From the NCBI RefSeq assembly GCF_018350175.1, contig NC_058382.1, forward strand, positions 55,678,001 to 55,742,000: DNA of 64,000 bases. The letters are read 5' to 3'. The position numbers were made by a program, and so were the translations under genes. This document shows, piece by piece, positions 50,831-63,329 of this stretch; positions within the stretch are counted from its first letter, which is position 1; each line of letters begins with the position of its first letter. The notes below the pieces were generated by a model that saw only the letters and a list, made by a program, of their open reading frames with translations, was not told where the DNA came from and did no database searches. This DNA is from Felis catus (Eukaryota).

Positions 50831-50934
50831 CCACTTAATTAGTATTAGCTATTCTTTGAAGTCTCCCTATGATAGAAAAGACTTTGGGGAATGGACCAGA
50901 GAATGTTAATTGTTTCTTGGGAAAAGTCACTCGC

Positions 50935-51440
50935 TGTAGGCAGCATGGTAGTTTCAGTTTCCCTTGGGGAACCACTCCTGCTCTGATTTTTGTTTATGTA
51001 ATTGGGTGAGGCTCAGTTCACCACTCAGCTGCAAGGTTTATTCCAAGCCTCTTACCACAGTGATTTGTTCATGCATAGGCATGTGACCACTATGATCCAA
51101 TGAGAGACACTCCTGGAAATTTTGATGGGGCAGTTAGAAAAGAGATACTCTCTTTTCTCTGATACTAACTATCAGCCTGTAGGTGGTGGTGGCCATCTTT
51201 GACATAACATAGAGATACCTTGCAGGAAAATGATGCTGACCAGAGGTGCACACAAATACAGAGACAGAAAGACAGAAACACACAGTTAGTGTGTTAGTAT
51301 CCTGCTGACATGTTGAATCCCTTGATCCTGCGCCCCATTCCCCTAGACTTTACAGTTACAAGAGCCACTAAATAGTCTTTTTGCTTAAATCGTTTTGAGT
51401 TAGGATTCTGTTAATTGTCTCCAAATGGCAGTGGACTGAG
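50935..51440 (+). mobile_element. MLT1J-like MaLR solo LTR
   Basis: ccacagtgatttgttc...ggcatgtgacc...ccaatgaga...cagttacaagagcca...tttttgcttaa...ttgagttagga. Confidence 0.85.
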
Positions 51441-51509
51441 GCTTGGGAGTGAAGAGAAGTGGGGGGTGTGATTTCAGATCCCAGAGTGTTGTCTGCAAGA
51501 GGGGAAGAA

Positions 51510-51720
51510 CTCACAATATGCCAAGCACTGTGCTATGTTATGCTTTTCATTTTTTTTCCATTTCATCTCATAACTCTATGTAGATGCTATTTTTATTATC
51601 CCCATTTTACAGAAGAGGAAACTGCAGTTCAGATCAAGGACTTGCCTGAGGTCATACAACAGGTGGCAGAGTTGAAGTATAAATTCTTGGTCTCTAGAGC
51701 TTGAGCTCTTGACTACTGAA
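51510..51720 (-). mobile_element. MIR
   Basis: ttattatccccattttacagaagaggaaactg...gacttgcctgaggtcataca. Confidence 0.85.
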
Positions 51721-52559
51721 CAAAAATTCCCCGAGCAATTTTTCTTTCCTAATTCTCTGCATAGCTTAGCACTAAACCGTGGTGGAGTTTTAAAGTGAGT
51801 CTAGGCTGGCTGGACTCCAGCACATGAGCAAGTGAGTTACAGGAGATAAGTAGATGGAGAAGGTCTCTCAGGGGGTGAGTGATAGGGTTAAAATAAAAGC
51901 GTGGAAAATAATTACCCCCCTCATGCTCCACCCCCTCACATTCAGGTAGTTCTATTTTAACATTCTAAAGACCAAGAAGGAAAAAGAAGGAAAAAAAATA
52001 TATCCAAAGAAATTAATTTTTTTTAAAAATAGAAACCATTTTTTGCAACTTTGACAAAATTGTGATCTATACACACAGTTTTGAATTGTTAAATAATTTA
52101 ACAATAAATTTTGAAATGAGAATATATTACGTATAACCACATCAACATTTTATGAAGCACATTGCAATTTATTTGTTATCAGTGCAATGTGTTTCGGCAT
52201 ATCTGTTTGTGATAGTCAAATATATCATTTTAATATTTCTTTTCACATGCAATATACGTGAACCTACAGGATGTTGAGGCTGCCTCTAAGAATTTCTAAT
52301 ATTTCTTTTTTCCTTTTGTTTTCCTCCCCCCCTCCCCGCAGTGCTTCATGCTTCATTTACTGTGCATTTATTCTTATATAGTCTCCTCCATTTGACTGTA
52401 AAGGAAAGGTCCATGAAGGGAAGGGCATGACTGAACATTAGCTCTTGTATATCCATGGTGTGTGGCATATAGAAGGTATTCAATAAAGTTAGTTAAGTGA
52501 ATACATTATATAATAGTTCAGTTTATTTCAGTTGTAAGTATTAAAGTATGGCTAGGTAA

Positions 52560-53380
52560 TCTTTAAACTAACCTTACTAATTGAAGTTAGCATCTATCCA
52601 GACAATTGTATAATTTATAAATATGCAGGTTGATGGGGCGTCTGCGTAGCTCAGTCGGTTAAGCATCTGACTTCAGCTCAGGTCATGATCTCTCCATTGG
52701 TGAGTTCGAGCCCTGCGTTGGGCTCTGTGCTGACAGCTCAGGCCTAGAGCCTGCTTTAGATTCTGTGTTTCCCTCTTTTCTCTGCCCCAGCCCTGCTCTG
52801 GCTCTGTCTCTCAAAAATGAATAAACATTAAAATTAAAAAAAAAATTTGGATTATCACAAACACACTGATAGAACCATCACTGAGACAAAAAATTAACTC
52901 ATTACTAGCTTCCTAACAGCCCCTTACTTATCTCCTCCAGATGACCACTGTTTTGACTTTTACTTCATGAATCAATTTTGTCTGTTTTTGAACCTAATAT
53001 AATTGAAATAATTTGGTATATTTTTTCATGTTTGGCTTTTCCTTTTTCCCATTATCATTCTTTTTGGGAAATTTATCTATATAGTTCAGTGTAGCAAGAA
53101 TTCATTCCCTTTTATTATACAGAATTCTCTTTTAAGTATATACCATAATTTACTTATATATTCTGCTATTGATGGACTTTGGGTGGTTTCCAGTTTTTTC
53201 CCCCCATTATGCATAATGCCACTATGAACATTTTTGTACATTTATTTTTTGTGCACATAGGCACTCACGTATGCTGGGCTTTTACCTAGGATTAAAATTT
53301 TGGGGTCGCTGGGCATGTATATTTTCAGCTTCAGTAGATCCTGCCAGACAGCTTTCAAAGTAGTTATACCAATTTTTTAT
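52560..53380 (-). mobile_element. Old L1 3' UTR (L1ME-like) with CanSINE insert
   Basis: ttcattccttttta...ataccataatttac...tggtttccagtttt...ctatgaacatt...tgccagacagctttcaaag. Confidence 0.8.
52635..52846 (+). mobile_element. CanSINE
   Basis: ggggcgtctgcgtagctcagtcggttaagc...gagttcgagccc...(CT)n, A tail. Confidence 0.96.
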
Positions 53381-53504
53381 TGCCAGTAGACAGCGGAGGA
53401 CCACCAGGAATACCCCTGTAGGCAAACAAAATTAGGTTCACGGATTTGTTGCAACAAATGGGAGAAGGTACACCCTAGGGGTTATGAATGTCTCAGGAAA
53501 CAAG

Positions 53505-54210
53505 TGTTGTAGTCAGGGTACAAGAGCGCCTGTCTCCGGGGGTCCCAAACGTGGTGTGGCCACTCAAAGCTGACAAAATCCAAAGGCAGAGAGACAAGTG
53601 GTGGATAGGTAAGAAAGGGATTTATTTCAGTAAGACCAACAACGGGGAAGACAGTAGACTAGCAGCTCAAAGACTGTCTCCAAAGTGTCAAAAATACTTC
53701 CAGGTAGGGGCGCCTGGGTGGCGCAGTCGGTTAAGCGTCCGACTTCAGCCAGGTCACGATCTCGCGGTCCGTGAGTTCGAGCCCCGCGTCAGGCTCGGGG
53801 CTGATGGCTCAGAGCCTGGAGCCTGTTTCCGATTCTGTGTCTCCCTCTCTCTCTGCCCCTCCCCCGTTCATGCTCTGTCTCTCTCTGTCCCAAAAATAAA
53901 TAAACGTTGAAAAAAAAAAATTAAAAAAAAAAAAATACTTCCAGGTTTAGGTAAGGAAAATGTGGGGCAAAGGTGGGTGGATACATGCAGGTGGGCATTG
54001 AAGGTCAAATCCATCATTGTCTTGGAATCAGTCCCCGCTGGGGTCTTGTGGGCTCTGGGAAGTCTTCATCGCTTAAGGAGGCAGCTTGTGTTCCCATCAG
54101 GGGATGGTTTGCCCACAGGGTCTTTCACCGGAGCCAAGAGACAAGCTGGAAAGAAGAGCTCCAAGTAGGGAGATGGAGGTCAAAATGGAGGCAGCCAAAG
54201 TCCTGTTTCA
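53505..54210 (-). mobile_element. ERV1-type solo LTR, probably carnivore-specific, inserted in another LTR fragment (~53381-53504)
   Basis: TG...CA termini; AATAAA on minus strand (tttatt 53621-53626); caaaatggag near the right end; no clean TSD. Confidence 0.7.
53707..53930 (+). mobile_element. Very young CanSINE
   Basis: ggggcgcctgggtggcgcagtcggttaagcgtccgacttcagccaggtcacgatctcgcggtccgtgagttcgagcccc; perfect TSD aaaaatacttccaggt at 53690-53705 and 53931-53946. Confidence 0.99.
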
Positions 54211-54642
54211 AGAGGAGTGAGGACATAGGAAGTTGGAACCTGTTCTGGCTGCCGTGGCTGCACACCAGACCCCCCAATCTAAGGGGTGTGAAGACATCAC
54301 TGCTTTATTATGCGCACACATTCTGTGGAGCGGGAATCTGAAGTAGGCTCAGCAGGGCTAGTCCTTCTCCGCTCCACCGTATCTGGGGCCTCATCAGGGA
54401 AGACTTCGAAACCAGAGGTGACTGCATGGCTAGGGTCATCTGCAGGCTTGCTTGCACACATGTCTGCGGGTTGACGCTGGCTGCTGGCTGGGTCTGGGGC
54501 TTTCACTTGGGACATCTTGCATGGCCTCTCCATGCGGTCATTCCACATGACCCAGGGGGGATTCCTCACAGCATGATGGCTGGTTCCAGAAGCAGGCCTC
54601 TCAGAAGCAGTTGGAAACCATTTCACCTTTGTGACTGATCCT

Positions 54643-55689
<1,047 letters not shown>

Positions 55690-56199
55690 ATTGTGATCAC
55701 ACACCATCTTTTCCACCACAGTTACAGGCCCATTGAGGTTCAAGGGAAGGGGATGTAGTCTCTGCCACTCAGTTGGAGGGATGTCAAGGTCATTTAACAA
55801 AAAGGGTGTGTGGGATAGGATGAGTTGTCATGGTTAAGTTTGGAAAACCTAATCTGCCACAAATTCTAAATCCATCACATACGTCTGTGTGTTTCTGGAA
55901 ATTCCTTAAGCCTTTCTGTATCTTAGTTTTATCAGCTATAAGATGGAGAAAAGAAATAGCTTCTTCAAGGACTTTATAAACAGGTAAATGTGGTAGATAA
56001 TATAGTACTACTGACCTATAGTCACTAGAGCTGCAAGGCTGTGGATATTCCATAGTTGCTTGGTTTATGCTACCTCCTGCTTTCCTCGCTGGTCTGTGAG
56101 CTACACAGAGCAACATTCTGTGCTGAGGACAACATCTGGTACCTAGTTGGGCCTTAACTATCTGTTGAAGGAATAAACAGGTGATCCCCAACTTTTCTT

Positions 56200-57215
56200 G
56201 CCTTCTCATTGTGCTGACATAAAATCCAAACTCAACGTTCTCACCTGCATGTCTGGCCCCCGACTCCTGTAACCCAATCCACCATCACGCTTTCTCTTGC
56301 TTATCTCCCTCTATCCATATTGTTCTTTCTGACTCACTGACTGTGTTGCCTTTCCTTACATTACTCCCATCTTTTTGGAAGAGTTCCCTTTCCTTGTTGC
56401 CTTTCTTCCTTTCCCTAATTAATGTCTCATCTTTGGGTCTTCACTTAAATGTCTGTCCTCCTAAAAAATCTTCTCTTGGCTTCCCAGACTAGACTACATC
56501 TTGAGGTATCCAGTAGTCTCCTTTTTGGCAAAGCTCTTATCTCATTTGAGATCAAGTAGTTATTTGTGTGAGGTCTATCTTCCCCCATTAGACTGTAGGC
56601 TCTTCTCCATTATGGTATCATCCAGACCTAGCCCAAGGACTGACACATGGTAGGAGCTCAGCAATACTGGTTGAATGAATGTTGGGACAGTGCCTTAAAT
56701 TTGTTTAATATTTGAAGAACCAGAATGCCCACTTGTTTACATGGGCCAGAGGGATGAGAACATTTTTATCAATGGTATGTTTTAACTTTGTCTATATACC
56801 CAGTTTTGGGTAGACACAGACATAGGTCCTACCTGATCCTGCTCACCATTAACTCCCTGACCTCATCTCCTGCTTCTCTACCCAGATCCACCCTGCTCTA
56901 GCTACATACACTACTTCCTTTTCCTCGAATTATCTTTCCTTAGATATCCTCATGGCATGCACACCTCCCAGGTCATTGTCTAAATGTAATTTTTTAATGA
57001 GGACTCCCAATGCCATATTTTAGAAACTGCATACTTCACCCCCAGAAATCTCTATCCACCGTTATTTTTCTCCATTCCAATCCTTACCGTCAGACATAAT
57101 ATGTGTATGTGTACTGTCTATCTCCTCCTAATAGAACATGAACTCCATGAGGATGGGAGTTTTTGTTTGTTTTGTTTCCTACTGTATACCAGCTACCCAG
57201 TGAATATCTGTTGAT
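56200..57215 (+). mobile_element. Two L2 3' fragments (~56200-56680 and ~56830-57215)
   Basis: ttagactgtaggctc...acacatggtaggagctcagcaatactggttgaatgaat; tagaacatgaactccatgagg. Confidence 0.8.
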
Positions 57216-57218
57216 TAA

Positions 57219-57271
57219 AGGAAGGAAGGAAGGAAGGAAGGAAGGAAGGAAGGAAGGCAGGCAGGCAGGCA
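57219..57271. repeat. (GGAA)n(GGCA)n tetranucleotide repeat
   Basis: Read directly; sits at an L2 tail. Confidence 0.95.
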
Positions 57272-58908
57272 ACCATACTGGTCATGTGTTACTGATCTAA
57301 TGTGGAACTCAAGATCTGATGTGGGGTTTATGGATATCACTTGGAAGCTCTTGTAGGACATTAGTCAGGATTATATTCTGAGATTGAAGCCCTAATGTCA
57401 ACATATAATGTTTCTGAACAACTGGAAAAGAGGAGATGGCTTCTAGGCTACAAGATTTCTCAGCAATCTGATTGAATGAATAAGCACATTTAGTAAAAAA
57501 AAAAAAAACACAAAAACAAAAAACCAAAAAACCAAAACATGTTGGTCAAAGGGATTTTAATGTGTTCACAAGAGCAGCGAGAAAGGATTGTCTTGGAGGC
57601 AGTTTTTGGTACTGCACATATAGACTCTGCCCTGGGGGGAAAGGGCATTCCCAGCCACCTAGAAGAATTCTACTCCCATTGGCAAGGGCATCCCTTATGG
57701 AGATGATGAGGAAGTACTCAGTTGACTTTGGTCCGTTGGCAAGGCCATCTTCAGAGTGCATGGGCTCTATCAGGTTATCTAGTGCCTTTTGATTCCATTA
57801 AACTTTCAGATAAAATAGATTTGCCTCTTCCTCACACATTCGGCTCTATGAAGAGACTGGATTAATTGGGAGAACTTTTAAAAGTTCTTATGCCAGTCAT
57901 TTATCATTTTGCATTAATAAGTTGACATTTCAGTTTTATAACAAGTCCCATGAGCTTCAGTAATATGATTCCATATCTGAAGAAGGAACTGATCCTTCTG
58001 TGTTAGAAAAGTCAGCTTTCTGAGCCCCTAAGACTGAGGGATCAGCCCTTGGAGACTAGTAAATTTACCAAGGGAATAAATTCCACTTTGTGAGGCCTTT
58101 TGAGGCTTAGACTACTGGCCTGTTTTTTGGTGGTTGACCCACATCTGCATTTGAGAGACTGTGTTAATGTTTCTAGAAGTTTCTTCTGTGTGGACCATCT
58201 GACTTCCATCTGTAGTCTTACCAGATGCCCTTGCTTGTGAGCTAATGCTCATTTGAGTGTTTTAGGTCTTAGTCTTAGGGATCATCAGGCATGTAACACT
58301 CTTTGTAGATGTGCCTTTGGGAAGCTCTAAGATGCTTAGGCCTTGGGTTAACTGCTTCTCCTGACTCAGTGATCCTTATGTAATATTTTTAATTTGTCCT
58401 TTGACCACTTTATATTTAGATTTCTAATTTAGTTATCAGATGCAAAGCTATAGTAAAAAAAAAGTCTTAGTTATAGTCTAAACTGGAAACTGTGTGATTA
58501 AGCCGCCATTTTTAATTAGCAATGCCCATGGAAAGTATGGCTCCTGATTCTGTTCTCACTTTTTCTTGAAATCAGCTTTATACTGGAGATTTCTTCTTAT
58601 TTCACAGCTGGGAATTCTAGGATTTTTTTTTCTTTCTGCATATTTTCTATATAATAAGATCTGGTCCTGATACCTTGCTGCATGGCCCAGATAGGGAAAA
58701 GGGAGAGAGATAATCAAATTCTACAATATTGGGTGATAAGAACCATCAAGTGCTACAATATTTGGGTGTTAAGAGCCCAGAAATGCACTTAATAGACTGC
58801 TTAGGGAAGGTAGAAATCTTGTTCAGTAAGTAGGCTCAGTGGGGGAACTCAGCCTCCCAAGATACATAACTACACATTTGGGGACTGTTAACACTTGAAG
58901 TCATTTTA

Positions 58909-58953
58909 TTTATTTGTTTTTTAGATAGGGAGAGAGGGCACAAGTGAGTGAGG

Positions 58954-58999
<46 letters not shown>

Positions 59000-59188
59000 G
59001 GTGGAGATGTGGGGCTTACTTGGGGCTCCTGTTTTTACCTGATGCGGGGCTGGAGCTCACCTGAAGTGGTGCACAACCTCACCTGAAGCAGGGCTTGTGC
59101 TTACCCAATGTGGGACTTGAACTCACCGACTGTGAGATCATAACCTGAGCTGAAGTCAGATGCTTAATGACTGAACCATCCGGGAGTC
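58909..59188 (-). mobile_element. CanSINE variant with four tandem 22-bp internal units
   Basis: 20-bp TSD taacacttga(a/t)gtc(a/g)tttta at 58889-58908 and 59189-59208; units at 59037-59124. Confidence 0.93.
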
Positions 59189-59256
59189 TAACACTTGATG
59201 TCGTTTTAAAGGTTGTTCAATAAGAAGGTGCACCCACCATATCTATACACACAATT

Positions 59257-59472
59257 AAGAAAATTTTTTTTAATGTTTATTTATTTTTGAGAGAGAGAGA
59301 CAGAGTGTGAGCAAGGGAGGGGCAGAGAGAGAGGGAGACACAGAATCTGAAGCAGGCTCCAGGCTCTGAGCTGTCAGCACAGAGCCTGATGTGAGGCCTG
59401 ATCCCATGAGCCATGAGATCATGACCTGAGCCCAAGTCAGATGCTTAACCGACTGAGACACCCAGGTGCCCC
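59257..59472 (-). mobile_element. CanSINE
   Basis: TSD cacacaatt at 59248-59256 and 59473-59481. Confidence 0.96.
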
Positions 59473-59549
59473 CACACAATTTTTAAGGCAGACATAGGGA
59501 GGGTTAAGTTTTATTTAATAGTCCACCTAGAAAGCAAAGAGTTAAATGG

Positions 59550-60010
59550 TGTATCATTTCAAATGCATTCAGCTGCAAGTAACAAAATGCCTAATGAATA
59601 GCAACTTAAATAATAAAGGTAGCTAAAAATATCACATAATAAGTTTAGCAGCTCAATGAGGTCAGAGTGGGGTTCAGTGTTTCTAAGATTATTTTTGGCC
59701 TTTACTTCATGGGGAAAAAATGGTTGCCACTGCTCCAAGCATCAATCTCTCCATTCCAAGCAGAAAGGAAGGGAAGCAAAGACTTTTCCCCCTGAGGTTC
59801 TATTGTTTTGTCAGCAAAGAGAAGCTTCCCAGCAGAACTTATTCTGATGTCTCATTGGACAGAACTTGGTTACATGCCCAAACGTAAGCCAATGGCTGGC
59901 AAAGAGGGAAGGAATTACCATGGTAGTTTAGACCAACCTGAAGCTCAGAAGGGGCCTGATTCCTTTCATGAGATGAAGTTTCTACTGTCTTCAATAATAA
60001 AGGGCTTACT
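59550..60010 (-). mobile_element. MLT1K-like MaLR LTR
   Basis: atgcattcagctgcaagtaacaaaa...gtctcattggacagaacttggttacatgccc...ccaatggctggcaaa. Confidence 0.8.
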
Positions 60011-60999
60011 AGCTGAGTGGGTGGAAATGAAAATGTATTCCATAAGTATATTTTGATTAATTGTATGAACGAATTAAAAAAATTATCCTTAAATGTGTAG
60101 GAATAAATGTCAAAGAAATTCTTCATAGGGGAGATGGGAAGAGGAGACAGTGGGTGGGGTGGATGCTGGGATGGGCAGGTATCCAGGTAAAAGTTCAGCA
60201 CAAATTGTCCTGTCTCTAGGAAACCCTGTTGTGTTTCCTCCAGGTAGCCTGCATCTGCGGTATAAAATACATGGAAACTTCAGCCACTATGAGCCACATA
60301 GTATAACTGTCACTTGTCACAGATGACTGCCCCTTGCCGGCTTGCAGTCCAAAGCTGAACCACCCAGTAAAGCTATTGCCTGTTGTTCTATGAGATGTTG
60401 TGGAAGCATGGAACACCAACTTCGAAAATCCCCATGACTCCATCCAGGGAGGCACCCTGCAGACAAATGCGATGTCCAGGGAGTACGAGGCTGAAACAAT
60501 TTCTGTCGAGTTAAACTAGAACATTAAGTGCTGAGTGGAATTTGGCAGAAGGGAGAAACAATCACATTTTCTGAAAGATCATGAAAAGCCATAGTTATTG
60601 GATAAGCCAGGGAAAAAAATGAAATTACATAGGCATGAAGAGGAGTGTTTGCCTCAAGTGGCTGAAAAATACAGACCTCGTAGATGGGATAGGGTTACTC
60701 TGGAGGCAGAGTGATGTTAGCAATAAAGGCAGATGATGAAGAAAGGGAGGCATGGCCAATGTACAGAAATTTGGTTCAGTCGTCTATTCCGTGGAAGTGC
60801 TTGACAACATCTTTAAAACGGAGGTGTTGGTGTGAGAATCTGCTGAGAGGTTCCTTCTCTGAGTCTGGAGCCATTTCTAAAGGAGCTGAATAAAATGTAG
60901 CAATTAATTGAGACACATTGTATGTAAAATTAGTGTAATGCCAGAAGGAAGGAGTCAGGTCTGCAGCCTGGTGGAAAGAGCATTGTTTAGGGAGCATCG

Positions 61000-61200
61000 A
61001 CATTGTACTGTGAGCATGGTACATTCATTATCTCATTTAATTTTTACAATCACCATCTGAAGCAGGTGCTTTTATTATCTCCATTTGTCAGGTCAAAAGG
61101 GTTGTAGTTTAAAAGTCTTAAATGGTGAGTGGAAAGGTCAGGATGTAGACACAAACTGTCGGAATCCAAAAGTCTGTGTTCCTAACCTCTGCTCTGTACT
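61000..61200 (-). mobile_element. MIR
   Basis: cattatctcatttaattttt...ttattatctccattt. Confidence 0.65.
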
Positions 61201-61319
61201 GTCAGCTGAAATTAAAAATACTGAAGTGACACAAAGAAGTTAGAACTCTGATTGGATGAACTGAATACAAGGGTTTGTGTGTTCCCCAGAAGTAAAATGA
61301 TGTGGATTTAGTGCAGATT

Positions 61320-61342
61320 GCAGGTTAAACTGGCTCAAGCAC

Positions 61343-61376
<34 letters not shown>

Positions 61377-62330
61377 ATGCATTGACTCCTGGGATAGGCT
61401 GCATGCACAGTGGCATCTCCAAAGTGTCCACATCTGACTCCCCAGAACCTATGTAGATGTCACCTCCAATGGCAAAAGGAGCTTTGCAGTTCTGATTAAA
61501 CTAAGGATTTTGAGATGAGAGATTATTTTCGACCATCTGCGTGATCCCAGTGTAATCACCAGGGTCCTTCTAAGGGAAAGATGGAGATTTCACTGCAGAA
61601 GTAGGAAATGGGAGGATGGAAGCAGAAGGGTAGAGGCATGTGAGAAACTGGCCACAAGCCCAGGAATTCAGGTGGCCTCCAGAAGCTAGAAAAGGCAAGA
61701 AAATGGATTCTCCCCTGAAGCTTCTGGAAGAACACAGTGCTGCCAACACCTTGATTTGACTTCTGACCTCCAGAACTGTAAAAGAGTAAATACGTATGTG
61801 TTGCTTTCAGTCACCAAATTTGTGGTGATCTATGACAGCAGCCATAGGAAAATAACTCAACTCCTATACCTAAAAAAGTCCAGGGCAACGCTGGCTTCAG
61901 GCATGGCTAGGTCCAGGTGCTCTAACAAGGTGGCCATCAAGCTGTTCCTCATCATACTTTAGCTCTATTTTCTTCTGTGATAGACTTGTTCACAGGCAGA
62001 CTTTCCCTGAGTTGGGGCCCTTCAGTAGCTTACAGACTTCCACTTTGCCACTTTAGCAATCCTGGTAGGCCAAAGAACACTCTTTTCCAAATAATATCAG
62101 CAAATGTTCCTAGAGTGACATGTAGGGGCCTGGCTTTAATCTGAATCCAACACCTTGATTCTGATTGGCTAGGCTTGGGTCATTGACCCTCCCTTGGTGA
62201 GGGAAGCCGGGGAGGGGAGGGGGCATGGTGTGGGGTGGAGGGGGTGGGGGGAGATCAAAGTCGGGGACTCACCAGGTGGAGGGTGCTTTCCAAAGTGCTG
62301 TAAGTGCCTAGGACAGGATGCGGCAGGTGC
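61320..62330 (-). mobile_element. MLT1J-like LTR split by MLT1D
   Basis: aaactggctcaagc(A)n...aaaagtccaggg...ggcttcaggcatggct...ctgattggctaggcttgggtca. Confidence 0.8.
61390..61859 (+). mobile_element. MLT1D complete solo LTR
   Basis: TG...CA termini; perfect 5-bp TSD actcc at 61385-61389 and 61860-61864; agaagctagaaaaggcaagaaaatggattctcccct. Confidence 0.93.
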
Positions 62331-62929
62331 ACTGGGACATGGGCTTTTGCTGTTTTTAAGGAAGACCCGTAGTAGAAATGGAGGTTTCTCTCCGACCTGC
62401 AGAGACAGTTAAAAAACACACACACACAAAGCTCCTAAAGGAAATCAATTACAGATCACAGTTATGGGGTGAATCCAGGGACTTAGCTGAGATTGACGAC
62501 GGGGAGGTGTGACAAGAAGAGGAAGTCGAGAGATAGCTAGCAAAGGAGGAAGAAGGTTCTGGGATTTCCGTTGTCAGTACATGGTCCTGAGGAGGGAGGA
62601 CCACTTGCTTCTTGGACGAGAGAAAGACGGCTGTGAGGGGGATGTCTTTGGTTACCTTCTAGCTGATGGCCCCCCCTTGTTTCTAGCTCCTGCATGGCTG
62701 GGCCCTGGTTGCTGAAAAGGGACTTTTCAGAGCAAATCTTCACACCCCGACAAGCTCTGTCTGCCTTGTAAGTCTTTACACACACCAAGAGACCCTGACA
62801 GAGAGCTCTGGTCTCTGAGACGACTGTCAGATTGGGGCTAAGATTGGCAGTGCTCACCTTCTAGGCGGCCACTCCTTACCCTCGCATTTATCTTTGAAAA
62901 TGACCATGACTGTAATTAACAATACCGCA

Positions 62930-63105
62930 CGTTTAAAAGTTGGTTCCCATCATAAGAGAAAAAGTTTGTAACTACGTGGGGTGGTGAGATTGATGTTAAC
63001 TAAGCATATTGCAGTGATCATTTTGCTATATGTACACATACTGAATTGTTAGGCTTACGCCTTAAACTAATCCCGTGTTGTATGTCAACTACGTCTCCAT
63101 AAAAC
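62930..63105 (+). mobile_element. L1MA9/10-like 3' terminus
   Basis: gtaactacgtggggtggtg...tgatcattttgc...ccttaaactaa...tatgtcaactacgtctccataaa. Confidence 0.8.
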
Positions 63106-63329
63106 GGGTAGAAATGAGCGAGGAGACAGGTGATATCATTGGTGCTATGGCAGCTAAACTCTGAAGTCAGTTGATTGAGAGTACGGTTCAAACTGCTTTT
63201 TCTCTACCTGACTCCCAGGGAGAGCCTCAGATACCTGTTTCTTTCATTCTTGCCCTGGGTAAGGGTTCATCTCTTTTGGTGCTATGTAACTGGACAGGAT
63301 GGACACTAAAGCCCTTAGCTCTCATATCT

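Noticed and set aside
53707..53790. tRNA gene (A and B boxes present)
   Set aside because: It is the tRNA-derived head of a CanSINE followed by (CT)n, an A tail and a TSD; the same applies to all other copies.
53488..53910. 140-aa ORF and related ORFs sharing SAQVMIS/LEPASDSVS/GAPGW peptides (543, 10116, 24192, 29356, 36635, 41685, 59270)
   Set aside because: The recurrent peptides are translations of CanSINE sequence, not a protein family.
59037..59124. Regular 22-bp repeats as a CRISPR-like array
   Set aside because: Units abut with no spacers, lie inside a TSD-bounded SINE, and there are no cas genes; the DNA is mammalian.
60244..60306. VACICGIKYMETSATMSHIV resembling a small-GTPase ETSA (G5) motif
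   Set aside because: Stop codon follows immediately, the donor is poor, and no G1-G4 motifs are found nearby; probably chance.
61344..61374. A31 tract as the tail of a retrocopy
   Set aside because: No TSD or upstream body; it is an expanded A-run at the position where MLT1J has a short A-run.
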